64,000 nucleotides of DNA from Acetobacteraceae bacterium (lineage in GTDB: Bacteria; Pseudomonadota; Alphaproteobacteria; Acetobacterales; Acetobacteraceae). A program made the position numbers and the translations under genes. Positions 1 to 9,947 of the stretch are shown here, piece by piece; within the stretch, counting starts at the first letter, position 1, and each line of letters starts with the position of its first letter. Below the pieces are notes generated by a model. That model made no database searches. It was not told the DNA's origin and saw only the letters and a list, made by a program, of their open reading frames with translations. Where the stretch lies: contig JAIXWG010000030.1 of assembly GCA_027482245.1 (NCBI GenBank), forward strand, positions 7,068 through 71,067, read 5' to 3'.

Positions 1-1950
1 CGCCGCATCCGCACGGGCTTCACCATCCTGCTGGTCGGCGTTGTGGCCGCGCTGGTGCCGCTGGCCGGGATCGGCCTCTACGCCGCGGCGGAAGCCAATC
101 GCAGCCACCGGGCTGAGACCGAGGCGCGGCTGATGGACGTGGCCCGCACCATCGCCGCGGCGATGGACGCCGAATTGCAGCTGCGCATCGGCCTGGCGCG
201 GCTGCTGGCCTCCCTCCCCGCCTTCGACGATTTGGGCGAGGCGCCGACCGAGGAACTCCAGCGCCTGTTCCGCCGCGTGCAGGACAGCGCCGCCTCCCTC
301 GGCGGCGCCAACCTGGCGGTCTGGACACGACTCGACCCAGCCGAGACGCCGACGCGCATCGTCAGCACGCTGCTGCCCTATACGCGGCTGGAGACCCCCG
401 TCTCCGTCCCCGCGGCGGAGGAGGTGATCCGCCTCACCGCCCGCACGCGCCTGCCCGCCGTGGGCCGGCCCTTCAACAGCGAGGCCACGGGCAATACCGG
501 CTTCCTCGTTGCCTACCCCGTCCTGCGGAACGAGGCGGTGGTCGCGGTGCTGACCATCAGCCTGCGGCAATCGGACGTGCAGGCCGTGCTGCGCGCGCAG
601 GCGCTGCCCGACAGCGCCATGGCGGGCGTGCTCCACCGTTCCGGCTGGCTGCTGGCGCGGGTGCCGGAAGTGCATGTGGGGGAGACGGTGGACCCCACCG
701 TGACCGCGGCCATCGGCACGGCGATGAGCGGCAGCTTCCGCAGCGCGACGCTGGACGGGGAGGATGTGGTCGTCGCCTTCACCGCCCTGCAGCAGGCGCG
801 GGACTACGTCATCGGCGTTGCCGCCCCCGTGGCGGTGGTGGAGGCCGAGTGGATCCGCGCGCGCACGCTGCTGGCGGTGACCGCGGCCGGGGCGCTGGCG
901 ATGGCGGTGCTCGCGCTGCTGCTGTCGGGCGGCGCGTGGCGATCCACCCGCGGGCTGGTGGAGAACCAGGACGCCTGGCTGAACATCGCGCTCGACAAGA
1001 CCGGGCTCGCCACCTGGGAATCGGACCAGGCGACGGGCCGCGCCGTCTGGTCGCCCCGGCATTTCGACCTGCTGGGCTACCCGCGCGAAGCCTCCGGCCG
1101 CGTTCCCGCCGCGCTGTGGTGGGACGCCGTCCACCCGGAGGACCGCGCCCTGGTCCGCCAGCAATGGCGGGCGAGCGACAACCACCCGGACGGGCTGCTA
1201 CGCCTGACCTACCGCATCATCCGCCGAGGCGACGGCCAGGTGCGCTGGTGCGAGAGCATCGGCCGCTTCGTGGCCCCCGGGCGGCTGGCCGGCGTGATCA
1301 TGGACGTCACCGATCTGCGGCGGCAGGAGGAGGAACGCCTGCTGCTGGCCCGCGAAGTGGACCACCGGTCGAAGAACCTGCTGGCGGTGGTGCAGGCCAT
1401 GGTCTCCATGACCCGGGCGGAGACGGTGGAGGGCCTCCGCGCCGCGCTGTCCCACCGCATCCTCTCCCTCTCCAAGACGCACACGCTGCTGGCGCGCAAC
1501 CGCTGGGCGGGATCGACGGTGCGCGAAGTGACGGAGAACGAGTTGCGCGCGCATGGGGAGACGCTGCGCCTGCGCGGGCCGGAGATGCCGCTGCGGGCGG
1601 AGGCCGTGCAGCCGCTGGCCATGGCGCTGCACGAACTGTCCACCAACGCACTGAAATATGGCGCGCTCTCCGTACCCGGCGGGATGGTGACGCTGGACTG
1701 GACCCGTGCCGGCGAGGACCTGGTACTGGAATGGCGGGAGGAAGGCGGGCCGACGGTGGGCCCACCCGCCGCCGGCGGCTTCGGCAGCCGGATGATCGCC
1801 CGCGTCCTGGCGCAGCTCGGCGGGCGCATCGGGTTCGAATGGCGGCCCGCCGGCCTGCGCGCCACCATCACCATGCCGCTCGACCGCATCGCCCCGGGCA
1901 GCGGCGACCACGGCCCGGACGCGGTTGCGCTGGACGGCGGGGCCGCGTAA
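1..1950 (+). CDS. Membrane sensor histidine kinase, HWE/HisKA_2 type, with periplasmic Cache-like and PAS domains (5' end probably upstream of window)
   Basis: Frame open from base 1; two TM segments; PAS-like 'WWDAVHPEDR...YRIIRRGDGQVRW'; H-box 'EVDHRSKNLLAVV', 'HELSTNALKYGALS', 'WREEGGP', 'GFGSRMI'. Confidence 0.9.
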   Translation, partial: RRIRTGFTILLVGVVAALVPLAGIGLYAAAEANRSHRAETEARLMDVARTIAAAMDAELQLRIGLARLLASLPAFDDLGEAPTEELQRLFRRVQDSAASLGGANLAVWTRLDPAETPTRIVSTLLPYTRLETPVSVPAAEEVIRLTARTRLPAVGRPFNSEATGNTGFLVAYPVLRNEAVVAVLTISLRQSDVQAVLRAQALPDSAMAGVLHRSGWLLARVPEVHVGETVDPTVTAAIGTAMSGSFRSATLDGEDVVVAFTALQQARDYVIGVAAPVAVVEAEWIRARTLLAVTAAGALAMAVLALLLSGGAWRSTRGLVENQDAWLNIALDKTGLATWESDQATGRAVWSPRHFDLLGYPREASGRVPAALWWDAVHPEDRALVRQQWRASDNHPDGLLRLTYRIIRRGDGQVRWCESIGRFVAPGRLAGVIMDVTDLRRQEEERLLLAREVDHRSKNLLAVVQAMVSMTRAETVEGLRAALSHRILSLSKTHTLLARNRWAGSTVREVTENELRAHGETLRLRGPEMPLRAEAVQPLAMALHELSTNALKYGALSVPGGMVTLDWTRAGEDLVLEWREEGGPTVGPPAAGGFGSRMIARVLAQLGGRIGFEWRPAGLRATITMPLDRIAPGSGDHGPDAVALDGGAA

Positions 1951-1985
1951 CGCCCCGGGCCACGCCGACCGCGGGAGGGACCTGA

Positions 1986-2987
1986 ATGGGCGAGACCACC
2001 GAAGCCACCGTGATCCTGGGGCGCGAAGGCGTCGCGGGCACGCTGCTGATGAACCGCCCGCGCGCGCTGAACGCGCTTGATCTGCCGATGATCGAGGCCT
2101 TCGCCGCCGCCATCCCCGCCCTGCGGGACGACCCGGCCGTGCGGCTGGTGATCCTGGAAGGCGCCGGCGGCAAGGCCTTCTGCGCCGGCGGCGACGTGCG
2201 CCGCATCCGCGAACTGGCGCTCGCCGGCGATGCCGCGGGGATCGAGGCCTTTTTCGCCGGCGAATACGGCGTCAACGCCGGCATCGCCGCCTTCGGCAAG
2301 CCCTGGGTCAGCCTGATCGACGGCGTCTGCATGGGCGGCGGCATCGGCGTGTCCGTCCATGGCAGCCACCGAATCGTCACCGAACACGCCCTCCTCGCCA
2401 TGCCGGAAACCGCCATCGCGCTGTTCCCCGACGTCGGCACCAGCTTCGTCCTGCCCCGCCTGCCCGGCGCCCTCGGCGCCTGGCTGGCCCTGACCGGCGC
2501 GCGGCTGCGCGGCGCGGAAGCGGTGGAAGCGGGCCTCGCCACCCACTTCGTGAAGCGGGACAACCTGCCCGCGCTGCGCGCCGCCCTGCTGGCCGGCGAC
2601 GTCGCCGCCCTGGACCGCCTGGCCGAAGCCGTGCCCCCCGGCACGATCGCCGCGCAACGCCCCGCCATCGACCGCTGTTTCGACCACCCCACCCTCGCCG
2701 AAATCCAGGCCGCCCTGGCCGCCGAGGACACCGACTGGGCCCGCACCCAATCCGCCATCCTCGCCCGCATGTCGCCGACCTCCATGGCCGTGACGCTCGA
2801 ACTGCTGAAGCGCGGCGCCACGCTGGACCTGGCCGGCTGCCTCGCCATGGAACTGGCCCTGACCCGCGCGGTGACCATGCACCCCGACTTCGCCGAAGGC
2901 GTCCGCGCCGTGCTGGTGGACAAGGACAACAAACCCACCTGGCAACCCACCCCCGACCAGGCCACGGTCACGGCGATGTTCGGGTAG
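1986..2987 (+). CDS. Enoyl-CoA hydratase/isomerase family protein, 3-hydroxyisobutyryl-CoA hydrolase-like
   Basis: 'NRPRALNAL', 'AFCAGGD', 'GVCMGGG', 'MPETAIALFPDVG', 'DFAEGVRAVLVDKD..P.W'; GGAGG RBS upstream. Confidence 0.9.
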   Translation: MGETTEATVILGREGVAGTLLMNRPRALNALDLPMIEAFAAAIPALRDDPAVRLVILEGAGGKAFCAGGDVRRIRELALAGDAAGIEAFFAGEYGVNAGIAAFGKPWVSLIDGVCMGGGIGVSVHGSHRIVTEHALLAMPETAIALFPDVGTSFVLPRLPGALGAWLALTGARLRGAEAVEAGLATHFVKRDNLPALRAALLAGDVAALDRLAEAVPPGTIAAQRPAIDRCFDHPTLAEIQAALAAEDTDWARTQSAILARMSPTSMAVTLELLKRGATLDLAGCLAMELALTRAVTMHPDFAEGVRAVLVDKDNKPTWQPTPDQATVTAMFG

Positions 2988-3297
2988 CAGGGCGCGGCGC
3001 CGGGTTCGGGACTGGCGCGCGGATTGCCCGGGGAAGGGACGCTGTCCCTTCCCCGATACCCCTTCCCTGCCAAGGGCCAGCGGGCCCTTGGGAACCCATG
3101 AGATTGGTCGGTGAAGGGAGGGGCGTGGCGGGCGCGTCGAACAAGCGGTCGCGTCGTGCCCCTCCCTTCACCGACCAATAACCTCGCGGTCCAGGGTCCC
3201 GCCGGACCCTGGCTGGGGAGAGGTCTGGAGAGGGGCGAGCAGCCCCTCTCCAGGGGCCACCTGCACGCCCGCCCCGAACCCGGTGCCGCCCGCTACC
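2983..3297. repeat. Mirror-symmetric multi-hairpin palindromic element (REP/REPIN/MITE-like) between convergent genes
   Basis: Outer IR 2994-3010/3273-3289 (16/17 match); hairpins 3029-3055 (12 bp) and 3070-3091 (9 bp); central perfect 22-bp stem 3103-3124/3158-3179; hairpins 3191-3212 (9 bp) and 3225-3253 (12 bp); ends GGTAGC/GCTACC contain both stop codons. Confidence 0.85.
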
Positions 3298-4045
3298 GGA
3301 GCTTCACGTCGATCCGGACCATGTCGCCGCGGTAGATGCCGTTGGCGATGAGGAGGGTGGTGCCGGTCGGGTCCATGGCGGTGCGGTGGACGTGGGCGAC
3401 GGGGGCGTTCAGCGGCAGGTGGAGGGCGGCGGCGGTTTCGACGTCTGCGCTGCCGATCGTCAGGGTCTGGCGGGCTTCGGCGATGGTGACGCCGGGCAGG
3501 CCGGCGACCAGTTTCAGGCTGGTCTTGGTCACCAGGTCTTCGGCGGTGACCTTGTCGGAGAGGCGGTCGTCCATCCAGACATCGGCGAGCAGGAAGGGTT
3601 GGCCGTTGCGCCAGTGGCGGCGGCGGAGGTGCCGGTAGCTGGGCGCGGGGCGGCCTGCGTTGACGGGGGCGACGCTGCCGTCCTGGTTGGGGTGGTCGGA
3701 GAGGATCTCGATCTCGGCCCCTTCGCGGGAGCGGAGCAGGCCGTTCCAGTCGGTTTCCACGTCGCACCACAGGCGGTCGGGGGGCGTGGCGCGGACGAAG
3801 GTCCCCTTGGCGCGAAAGCGTTCGATCAGCCCTTCCTGGGCCAGCTGGTCCAGCGCCTGGCGGATGGTCGCGCGGGCCACGCCGCATTCGGCGGCGAGTT
3901 CATCGACGGTCGGGATCTGCTTGCCGGCGGGCCAGGTGCCTTGTTCCACGCGGTGGCGGAACAGGGTCGCCAGCTGGAGGTAGCGGGCGACGGCGCTGCG
4001 GTTGAGGTCGGGGGCCGGGCGTGGCGTGCCCGTGGCGTGGTTCAT
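3293..4045 (-). CDS. GntR family (HutC/UTRA) transcriptional regulator
   Basis: wHTH 'IPTVDELAAECGVARATIRQAL..L..EGLIER..KGTFV' plus UTRA-like C-terminal domain. Confidence 0.9.
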   Translation of the reverse strand: MNHATGTPRPAPDLNRSAVARYLQLATLFRHRVEQGTWPAGKQIPTVDELAAECGVARATIRQALDQLAQEGLIERFRAKGTFVRATPPDRLWCDVETDWNGLLRSREGAEIEILSDHPNQDGSVAPVNAGRPAPSYRHLRRRHWRNGQPFLLADVWMDDRLSDKVTAEDLVTKTSLKLVAGLPGVTIAEARQTLTIGSADVETAAALHLPLNAPVAHVHRTAMDPTGTTLLIANGIYRGDMVRIDVKLR

Positions 4046-4156
4046 GCGGGCGTCCGGATTCGGCCGCCGGGGGGCGGGCGTCGTGGGACGCTAATCGTGG
4101 GACCAGCGAAAGGCCACATCATTCGCCTTTCGCCGCGGGCCCCATACCGGTGCCGA

Positions 4157-4570
4157 TCAGGCGCCGGCGCGCATGATCTTCGGGATTTCCTCCCGGAACC
4201 GGAAGCGCAGCGCGGACCAGGTATCGTCCAGCGCCACCTGCGTGACGGGCAGCAGGCCTTCCGTGGTCAGGGGGTCCCAGCCATGGTCCCGGTCCAGGTC
4301 GGACCGCACCGGCCCGGTCTTCTTCGGGTAGGCGAACCACAGCCTGGCGCCGATGCCGTAGAGGTTCAGCGCGCGGGGCGCGACGGCCCGGAGCGTGGCC
4401 TTGTCCGCGGCAAAGGCCAGGATCAGGTCCGCGGCGGCGGTTGCCCCGTTCGGCAGTCCAAAGGTCATTCCCTGCGGGGCACCCAGCACCGCGCAGGCCA
4501 TCCCCGGGCGGTAGCCAAGTTTGCGCGCCACCTCCCCGATCACGACACCCATTCGAGTCTTTTCCGTCAC
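4157..4570 (-). CDS. Conserved hypothetical protein (DUF3052-like)
   Basis: 'LWFAYPKK', 'SDLDRD.GW', 'QVALDDTWSALRFR' motifs. Confidence 0.65.
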   Translation of the reverse strand: MTEKTRMGVVIGEVARKLGYRPGMACAVLGAPQGMTFGLPNGATAAADLILAFAADKATLRAVAPRALNLYGIGARLWFAYPKKTGPVRSDLDRDHGWDPLTTEGLLPVTQVALDDTWSALRFRFREEIPKIMRAGA

Positions 4571-4697
4571 CGAGTTGCCATCAGAGCAGGCGGTCTAGCG
4601 CATAGTTGGGCTGGATGCATGCATTCAATGGGCAGGTCCGCCCTGCGTTTTTTGTCATCTTTGTTCAGAACGCAGCGATTCGGCTTCTGTTCCTGAC

Positions 4698-4706
4698 TTA
4701 TCCACA
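4698..4706 (+). promoter_or_regulatory. Perfect DnaA box TTATCCACA in an AT-richer divergent intergenic region
   Basis: Exact consensus match; single copy, function not shown. Confidence 0.35.
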
Positions 4707-4830
4707 AGCTATCGTGTGACGATATACGAAGCACGGCATGACCTTCCCATGAGCAGATCGTCATCCCGCGCTCACCCGCGCCGGGGCCCCGGCTTGCCGC
4801 CGCGGCTGCCGGCGTGGCAGGGGGGCGTGG

Positions 4831-5688
4831 ATGGAAGCCTCTCTTTCGCGCGTCACGATCGTGACGGTCACCTGGGCCAGCCAGGATGCCATGCGCGGCT
4901 TCCTGGCCGCGCTGCCGCCGGGGGTGGCGACCATCGTCGTGGACAATGCCAGCCCGGACGGGACGGTGGCGGCGGTGCGCGCGGCCCGGCCGGATGCGGT
5001 GGTGGTGGAGAACGCCGTCAATCTCGGCTTCGGGGCGGGGTGCAACCGGGGCCTCGACCGCGTCGCGACCGAATTCGCGCTGCTGGCCAATCCCGATGCC
5101 CGGCTGACGGCGGCGGCGATTGCGGGGCTGGTGGCGGCGGCGGAGGCGAATCCGGAGGCCCGGCTGGTGGCGCCGCTGATCCTGGATGGCGCGGGGCGGC
5201 CGGTGCGGTCCTGGAACGCGTCCCAGTTGCGGCGCGGGCGGATGCCCGGACGGCGGGACGGCGAGCCCTGGCCGGAGGGCGCCTTCTGCGCCGACTATGC
5301 TTCCGGCGCCTGCCTGCTGCTGCGCCCCGCGGGGGGGCTTCGCTTCGATGAGCGCTTCTTCCTGTTCTACGAGGATGACGACATCTGCCTGCGCGCCGGC
5401 GGCGTGCTGGTGGATCCCGCCATCGGCGTGGCGCATGAGGGCGGGCGATCCTCCGGCGGTTCGGCGCGCGTCACCTGGCGGAAGGCCTGGCACATGGCCT
5501 GGTCCCGCCTGCTGTTCCTCGACCTGCATGGCGGTGGCGTGGGGGCGGAGGCCTGGCGCATGGCCGGGCGGCATGCCGGCAAGGCGATCGGCCATGCGGC
5601 GACGCTGCAGGCGCGCAAGCTGGTGGCGGATGCCGGTGCGCTGGCCGGGACGCTCGCCTGGATCGGTGGGCGGCGCCGGGCCCTGTAG
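4831..5688 (+). CDS. Glycosyltransferase family 2
   Basis: 'IVVDNASPDGT', 'NLGFGAGCNRG', 'LANPDA', 'SGACLL', 'FDERFFLFYEDDDIC'. Confidence 0.9.
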   Translation: MEASLSRVTIVTVTWASQDAMRGFLAALPPGVATIVVDNASPDGTVAAVRAARPDAVVVENAVNLGFGAGCNRGLDRVATEFALLANPDARLTAAAIAGLVAAAEANPEARLVAPLILDGAGRPVRSWNASQLRRGRMPGRRDGEPWPEGAFCADYASGACLLLRPAGGLRFDERFFLFYEDDDICLRAGGVLVDPAIGVAHEGGRSSGGSARVTWRKAWHMAWSRLLFLDLHGGGVGAEAWRMAGRHAGKAIGHAATLQARKLVADAGALAGTLAWIGGRRRAL

Positions 5689-6366
5689 TCAGCGCGGGCG
5701 GAGCACCACCACCGCCTCCACCGTCGCGGGCACGGTGATGTCCTCCGCGATCGCGACGGGCGGGGCGGCGCCGCTGGCGCTGCTGCGCATCGCGGCCGTC
5801 GGCATGGGTCGGGGACTGCGATCCGGCGCGTCGATCCGGACTTCCCGGATGCCGGCCACGGCCAGGTTGAGCTGCCCGGCCAGCGCATCGGCGCGACGGC
5901 GCAGCGCATCCAGCGCCAGGCGGGACGCTTCCTCCCGCGCCTGCCGGGCGGCGTCGCGCGTCAGCGTCCAGGTCAGGTGCTGCAGGGCCAGGCCCTGCGA
6001 TTGCAGGGCGGCGGTGAGTTCGAGCAGCGCCGGAGCCTCCCCGCCCCGCAGCGTGACGGATTGCGCCGCCTGCCAGCCGCGGCCCTCCTCACCGCGCCCC
6101 GTCCAGTAGCCGCCGGTGGAGACGCGGGCGGAGGACACGGCCTGCGCGCGCGTCACGGCGGCGGCGATGGCGCGGTTCACCGCTTCCTGCGCCGCGGCGG
6201 CGGTGGGGGCGCGAGCCTCCGCGCGGAGCGTCGCCACCACCTCATCCGGCGCACGGGTTACTTCCGCGGTCTCGGACAGATGGAGCGCGGTCTCCACGGG
6301 TTGCGCCACGGCGAGGGCCGGCAGCGTGGCGAGGACGGCGCCGAGGATAAGCAGGCGGCGATTCAT
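5689..6366 (-). CDS. SIMPL (DUF541) domain periplasmic protein
   Basis: Signal peptide; 'LHLSETAEVTRAPD...', 'RA..LA..L...V.GIREV', C-terminal 'ITVPATVEAVVVL'. Confidence 0.8.
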   Translation of the reverse strand: MNRRLLILGAVLATLPALAVAQPVETALHLSETAEVTRAPDEVVATLRAEARAPTAAAAQEAVNRAIAAAVTRAQAVSSARVSTGGYWTGRGEEGRGWQAAQSVTLRGGEAPALLELTAALQSQGLALQHLTWTLTRDAARQAREEASRLALDALRRRADALAGQLNLAVAGIREVRIDAPDRSPRPMPTAAMRSSASGAAPPVAIAEDITVPATVEAVVVLRPR

Positions 6367-6531
6367 GGCGGCACGGTTCCTTCGTAGACGATCAGACGGC
6401 GATCACGCCGACCTTACCGCGCGGGCCGTGGCGGGAAGGCGGCAAGGCCGTGGCGCGGTTCGGAAGGCGGTTGACGATTCCGCGATGCGGACGGACGCTC
6501 GCGCGCATCCTGCCCTGGAGATTCCTGCCGC

Positions 6532-8097
6532 ATGCGCCACCTCGCCCTTGCCGCCCTGCTCGCCCTGGGGTCGGTCCCCGCGGCGGAGGCCCGCAACTTC
6601 ACCTGGGCCTACAATGCGGATGTGCTGACGCTGGATCCGCACAGCTCCAACAACACCTTCACCAACACCTTCATGGGCAATGTCTATGAGGCGCTGGTGC
6701 GGCACAACGACCGGATCGAGATCGAGCCGGCGCTGGCCGAGAGCTGGGAGCGGACGACGCCGACGGTGTGGCGCTTCAACCTGCGGCGCAACGTGGTGTT
6801 CCACAACGGGGAGAGCTTCGACGCCGACGACGTGCTGTTCACCTGGGCGCGGGTGAACACACCGGGATCGATGGCGCGCGGGCTGCTGGGCTCCATCAAG
6901 GAGGTCCGCAAGGTCGACAGCCACGTGATCGAGATCGAGACGCATCGTCCCTTCCCGATCCTGCCGGCCTCCATCACGCAGTTCTTCATCATGGATGAGG
7001 GCTGGAGCCGCGCGAACAACGCGACGGAAGCGGCGAACCTGGCGGGGCAGCAGGAAAGCGGCGCGACGCGCATCGCCAACGGCACGGGCCCCTTCCGCAT
7101 CGTGGAGCGCCGGCCGGATGAGCGGACGGTGCTGGAGCCGCATGCGGGCTGGTGGGACCGCCCCGTCCACAACCTGACGCGCGTGACCTTCCAGCCCATC
7201 CGCAGTGCCGCGACGCGCACGGCATCGCTGTTGTCCGGCGCCATCGACGCGAATGTGGAGGTGCCGCTGCAGGACATCCCGCGCCTGCTGCAGGACAACC
7301 GCGTGCAGGTGATCGAGGGGCCGGAGCTGCGGACCATCTACCTCGGCTTCGACCATGAGCGGGACGAGCTGCTGTACAGCGACGTGCGCGGCCGCAACCC
7401 GCTGAAGGACCGAAGGGTGCGGGAGGCGATCTACCGCGCCATCGACGTAAACGCGCTGGTCCGCACCGTGATGCGGGAAAAGGCCTGGCCCGCGGGCATG
7501 ATGGTGAGCCCCTTCCTGACCGGCGCGCCGCAGGATTTGAACGGCCGCCTGCCCTTCGACCCCGGTGGCGCGCGCCGCCTGCTGGCGGAGGCCGGCTACC
7601 CGCAGGGCTTCACCGTCGGCATCGTCTGCCCCAACGACCGCTACGTGAATGACGAACGCACCTGCCAGGCCATCGCCGCCATGCTGGCGCGCGTCGGCGT
7701 CAGGCTGCAGTTGCAGAGCGAGCCGACCGCGGTGTGGTCGCGGCGGACAGCGAATCGCGACTTCTCCATCTACCTGCTCGGCCATGCCGGCCTGCCGCTG
7801 GCGGACAGCTATTCCACGCTGAACGAGGTGCTGCGCACGGCGGGGCGGACGACGGGCGGGCTGAACTACGGCCGCTGGAGCAACGCCGCCTTCGACGCGC
7901 TGGTGGAACAGGCGGCGGAAGCGGCGGACGAGACGGCGCGGCGCCGCTTCATCCGCGACGCGCTGGCGATCGAGCGCGCGGAGATCGCGCATGTGCCGCT
8001 GTTCCAGCAGCCGATTGCCTGGGCATCGCGGCGGGGCATCGACCTGCGCCAGGCGCCGGACAACCGGCTGCGGCTGTGGCTGGTGAAGGTGGAGTGA
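6532..8097 (+). CDS. ABC transporter substrate-binding protein, family 5 (DppA/OppA-like)
   Basis: Signal peptide; 'TLDPH', 'EPALAESWE', 'FNLRRNVVFHNG', 'GTGPF', 'RVREAIYRAID'. Confidence 0.93.
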   Translation: MRHLALAALLALGSVPAAEARNFTWAYNADVLTLDPHSSNNTFTNTFMGNVYEALVRHNDRIEIEPALAESWERTTPTVWRFNLRRNVVFHNGESFDADDVLFTWARVNTPGSMARGLLGSIKEVRKVDSHVIEIETHRPFPILPASITQFFIMDEGWSRANNATEAANLAGQQESGATRIANGTGPFRIVERRPDERTVLEPHAGWWDRPVHNLTRVTFQPIRSAATRTASLLSGAIDANVEVPLQDIPRLLQDNRVQVIEGPELRTIYLGFDHERDELLYSDVRGRNPLKDRRVREAIYRAIDVNALVRTVMREKAWPAGMMVSPFLTGAPQDLNGRLPFDPGGARRLLAEAGYPQGFTVGIVCPNDRYVNDERTCQAIAAMLARVGVRLQLQSEPTAVWSRRTANRDFSIYLLGHAGLPLADSYSTLNEVLRTAGRTTGGLNYGRWSNAAFDALVEQAAEAADETARRRFIRDALAIERAEIAHVPLFQQPIAWASRRGIDLRQAPDNRLRLWLVKVE

Positions 8098-8112
8098 CGC
8101 TGGCCCGACTCC

Positions 8113-8454
8113 GTGAAGGCGCTGGACGATTGGCTCCTGCTGCCGGACGCGCTGCGCGCCTTCCGGCGGCATCCCGTCGATCCCGCCTGGTATCTGTTCA
8201 AGGAAGCCTGGCCGTGGAACGGCGTCTGGGCGATCCACCGTCAAACCGAGATGCAGGGCACCGAAGGCTTCTTCATCTGGAGTTGGCGCAGTTGGTTCTC
8301 CTTCGACGGCACGCCGATCCTGCTGCCGGCCTTCTGGCTGTGGCTGACGGTGGCACGGCGGCGATGGCTGAAGGTGCACGTGCATAGCATGTCACCGGCG
8401 ATATGGCGGGACGGGCTGCGTCTCGATGACGAAGCACGATCAACGAATGACTGA
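8113..8454 (+). CDS. Hypothetical Trp-rich protein
   Basis: Fills the gap between two co-oriented genes; mostly G/C third positions; 12 Trp in 113 aa. Confidence 0.55.
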   Translation: MKALDDWLLLPDALRAFRRHPVDPAWYLFKEAWPWNGVWAIHRQTEMQGTEGFFIWSWRSWFSFDGTPILLPAFWLWLTVARRRWLKVHVHSMSPAIWRDGLRLDDEARSTND

Positions 8455-8470
8455 CTGACCAGGAGACTCC

Positions 8471-9886
8471 ATGACCGATCTTCTCATCCGCGGCGGTGTC
8501 CTCATCACCATGGACGCCATGCGCCGTGTCATCGATGACGGCGCCGTCGCCATCGCGGGCGGGCGCATCGTCGCCGTCGGCCCGACCGCGGAAGTCGTCG
8601 CCGCACATCCCAACGCGACCACCGTCATCGAGGCCAAGGGCCGCGCGATCCTGCCGGGCCTCATCGACGGCCACGCCCATGCCGGCCATGGCCTGGTGAA
8701 GACCATGGGCAACAATGACGGCGCCGCCTGGTCGGAGGCGTGCCGCATCATCTACACCCTCGCCTCGCCGCCCAGCTTCTGGAAGGCGGAGGCGATGCTG
8801 GCGGCGCATGAGCGGCTGCGTTTCGGCGTGACCACGGGCGTCTCGCTGCTCGGCGGTGGCGACAGCATCGGGCGGGTGGACGACCCCGCCTTCGCCGATG
8901 CGCATGCGACGGCGACGGAGGCCGTCGGCATCCGCAGCATCATGGTGGTCGGCCCGACGCGCCCGCCCTTCCCGCGCCCCTATGTCGGGCCGGATGGCGT
9001 GGAACGCCCCGTCTCCTTCGAACAACAGTTGGAGACGATCACCGCGGCGCTGGAGGCCTGGCACAACAAGGGCCGCGTGAAACTGGCGACGCTGATGCCC
9101 GTGTACCGGGAGGCGAAGCACGACCCGGCCAAGGTCAAGGAGATCGAGCGCCAGGGCCGCCTGGTGCGCGACATCGGCAAGAAGCATGGCGCCTGGTTCC
9201 ACCAGGATGGCCATCGCCAGGGCAGCATCGAGATGGCGGACCGCATGTTCGGCCTGATGGGCCCCGACAGCTGGCACAGCCACTGCACCGACCTGACCGA
9301 TGCCGACATCGAGACGCTGGTGCGGACCGGTGCCTCCGTCGTGCACAACCCTTCCGCCATCGCGGCGGTGCGCGGCTACTGCCCGGCGCCGAAGATGATG
9401 CAGGACGGCGTCACGGTGATGATCGGGTCGGATGCGACGGCGCCCGACCGCAGCGGCGACATGTTCCGCCACATGTTCCAGTGCATCCGCTACCACCAGC
9501 GCCATTTCCGCGACGAGACGATGATCCCGCCCGGCAAGGCGCTGGAGATGGTGACGATCGACGCCGCCAAGGGCATGGGCCTGGATGCGGAGATCGGCAG
9601 CCTCGAGGTCGGCAAGAAGGCGGATGTCATCACCGTGGACCTGACCGGCCCGCACATGGTGCCGGCCAACATGCCCGTCGCGCGCGTCGTCTATTTCGCC
9701 AATGGCCATGACGTGATGGATGTGGTCGTGGACGGCAACGTGCTGATGCGGGACCGCGTGACGCCGCATCTCGACGCGACGGAGATCGCGACGGCGGCGT
9801 GGCGGGAGGCCGACGCGATGCTGGAGAAGTCCGGCCTGCGGCACATGACCGTCGAGGATCCGGGCTGGGGCAAGGTCAAGCGCTAG
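8471..9886 (+). CDS. Metal-dependent amidohydrolase (MtaD/AtzA/SsnA-like deaminase group)
   Basis: 'ILPGLIDGHAH', 'VVHNPS', 'IGSD', 'GSLEVGKKAD'; AGGAG RBS. Confidence 0.9.
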   Translation: MTDLLIRGGVLITMDAMRRVIDDGAVAIAGGRIVAVGPTAEVVAAHPNATTVIEAKGRAILPGLIDGHAHAGHGLVKTMGNNDGAAWSEACRIIYTLASPPSFWKAEAMLAAHERLRFGVTTGVSLLGGGDSIGRVDDPAFADAHATATEAVGIRSIMVVGPTRPPFPRPYVGPDGVERPVSFEQQLETITAALEAWHNKGRVKLATLMPVYREAKHDPAKVKEIERQGRLVRDIGKKHGAWFHQDGHRQGSIEMADRMFGLMGPDSWHSHCTDLTDADIETLVRTGASVVHNPSAIAAVRGYCPAPKMMQDGVTVMIGSDATAPDRSGDMFRHMFQCIRYHQRHFRDETMIPPGKALEMVTIDAAKGMGLDAEIGSLEVGKKADVITVDLTGPHMVPANMPVARVVYFANGHDVMDVVVDGNVLMRDRVTPHLDATEIATAAWREADAMLEKSGLRHMTVEDPGWGKVKR

Positions 9887-9947
9887 CCGGATGGGGCGCG
9901 GCGCGCGATGATCGTCCCCGGGAAACGCCACCCGGGGAACGACATCC

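Noticed and set aside
2968-3335. Short ORFs (2968-3171, 3111-3335) with similar translations on opposite strands
   Set aside because: A by-product of the element's inverted symmetry; no independent coding evidence.
4571-4830. Replication origin
   Set aside because: Only one clear DnaA box and no dnaA, hemE, parAB or rep genes nearby.
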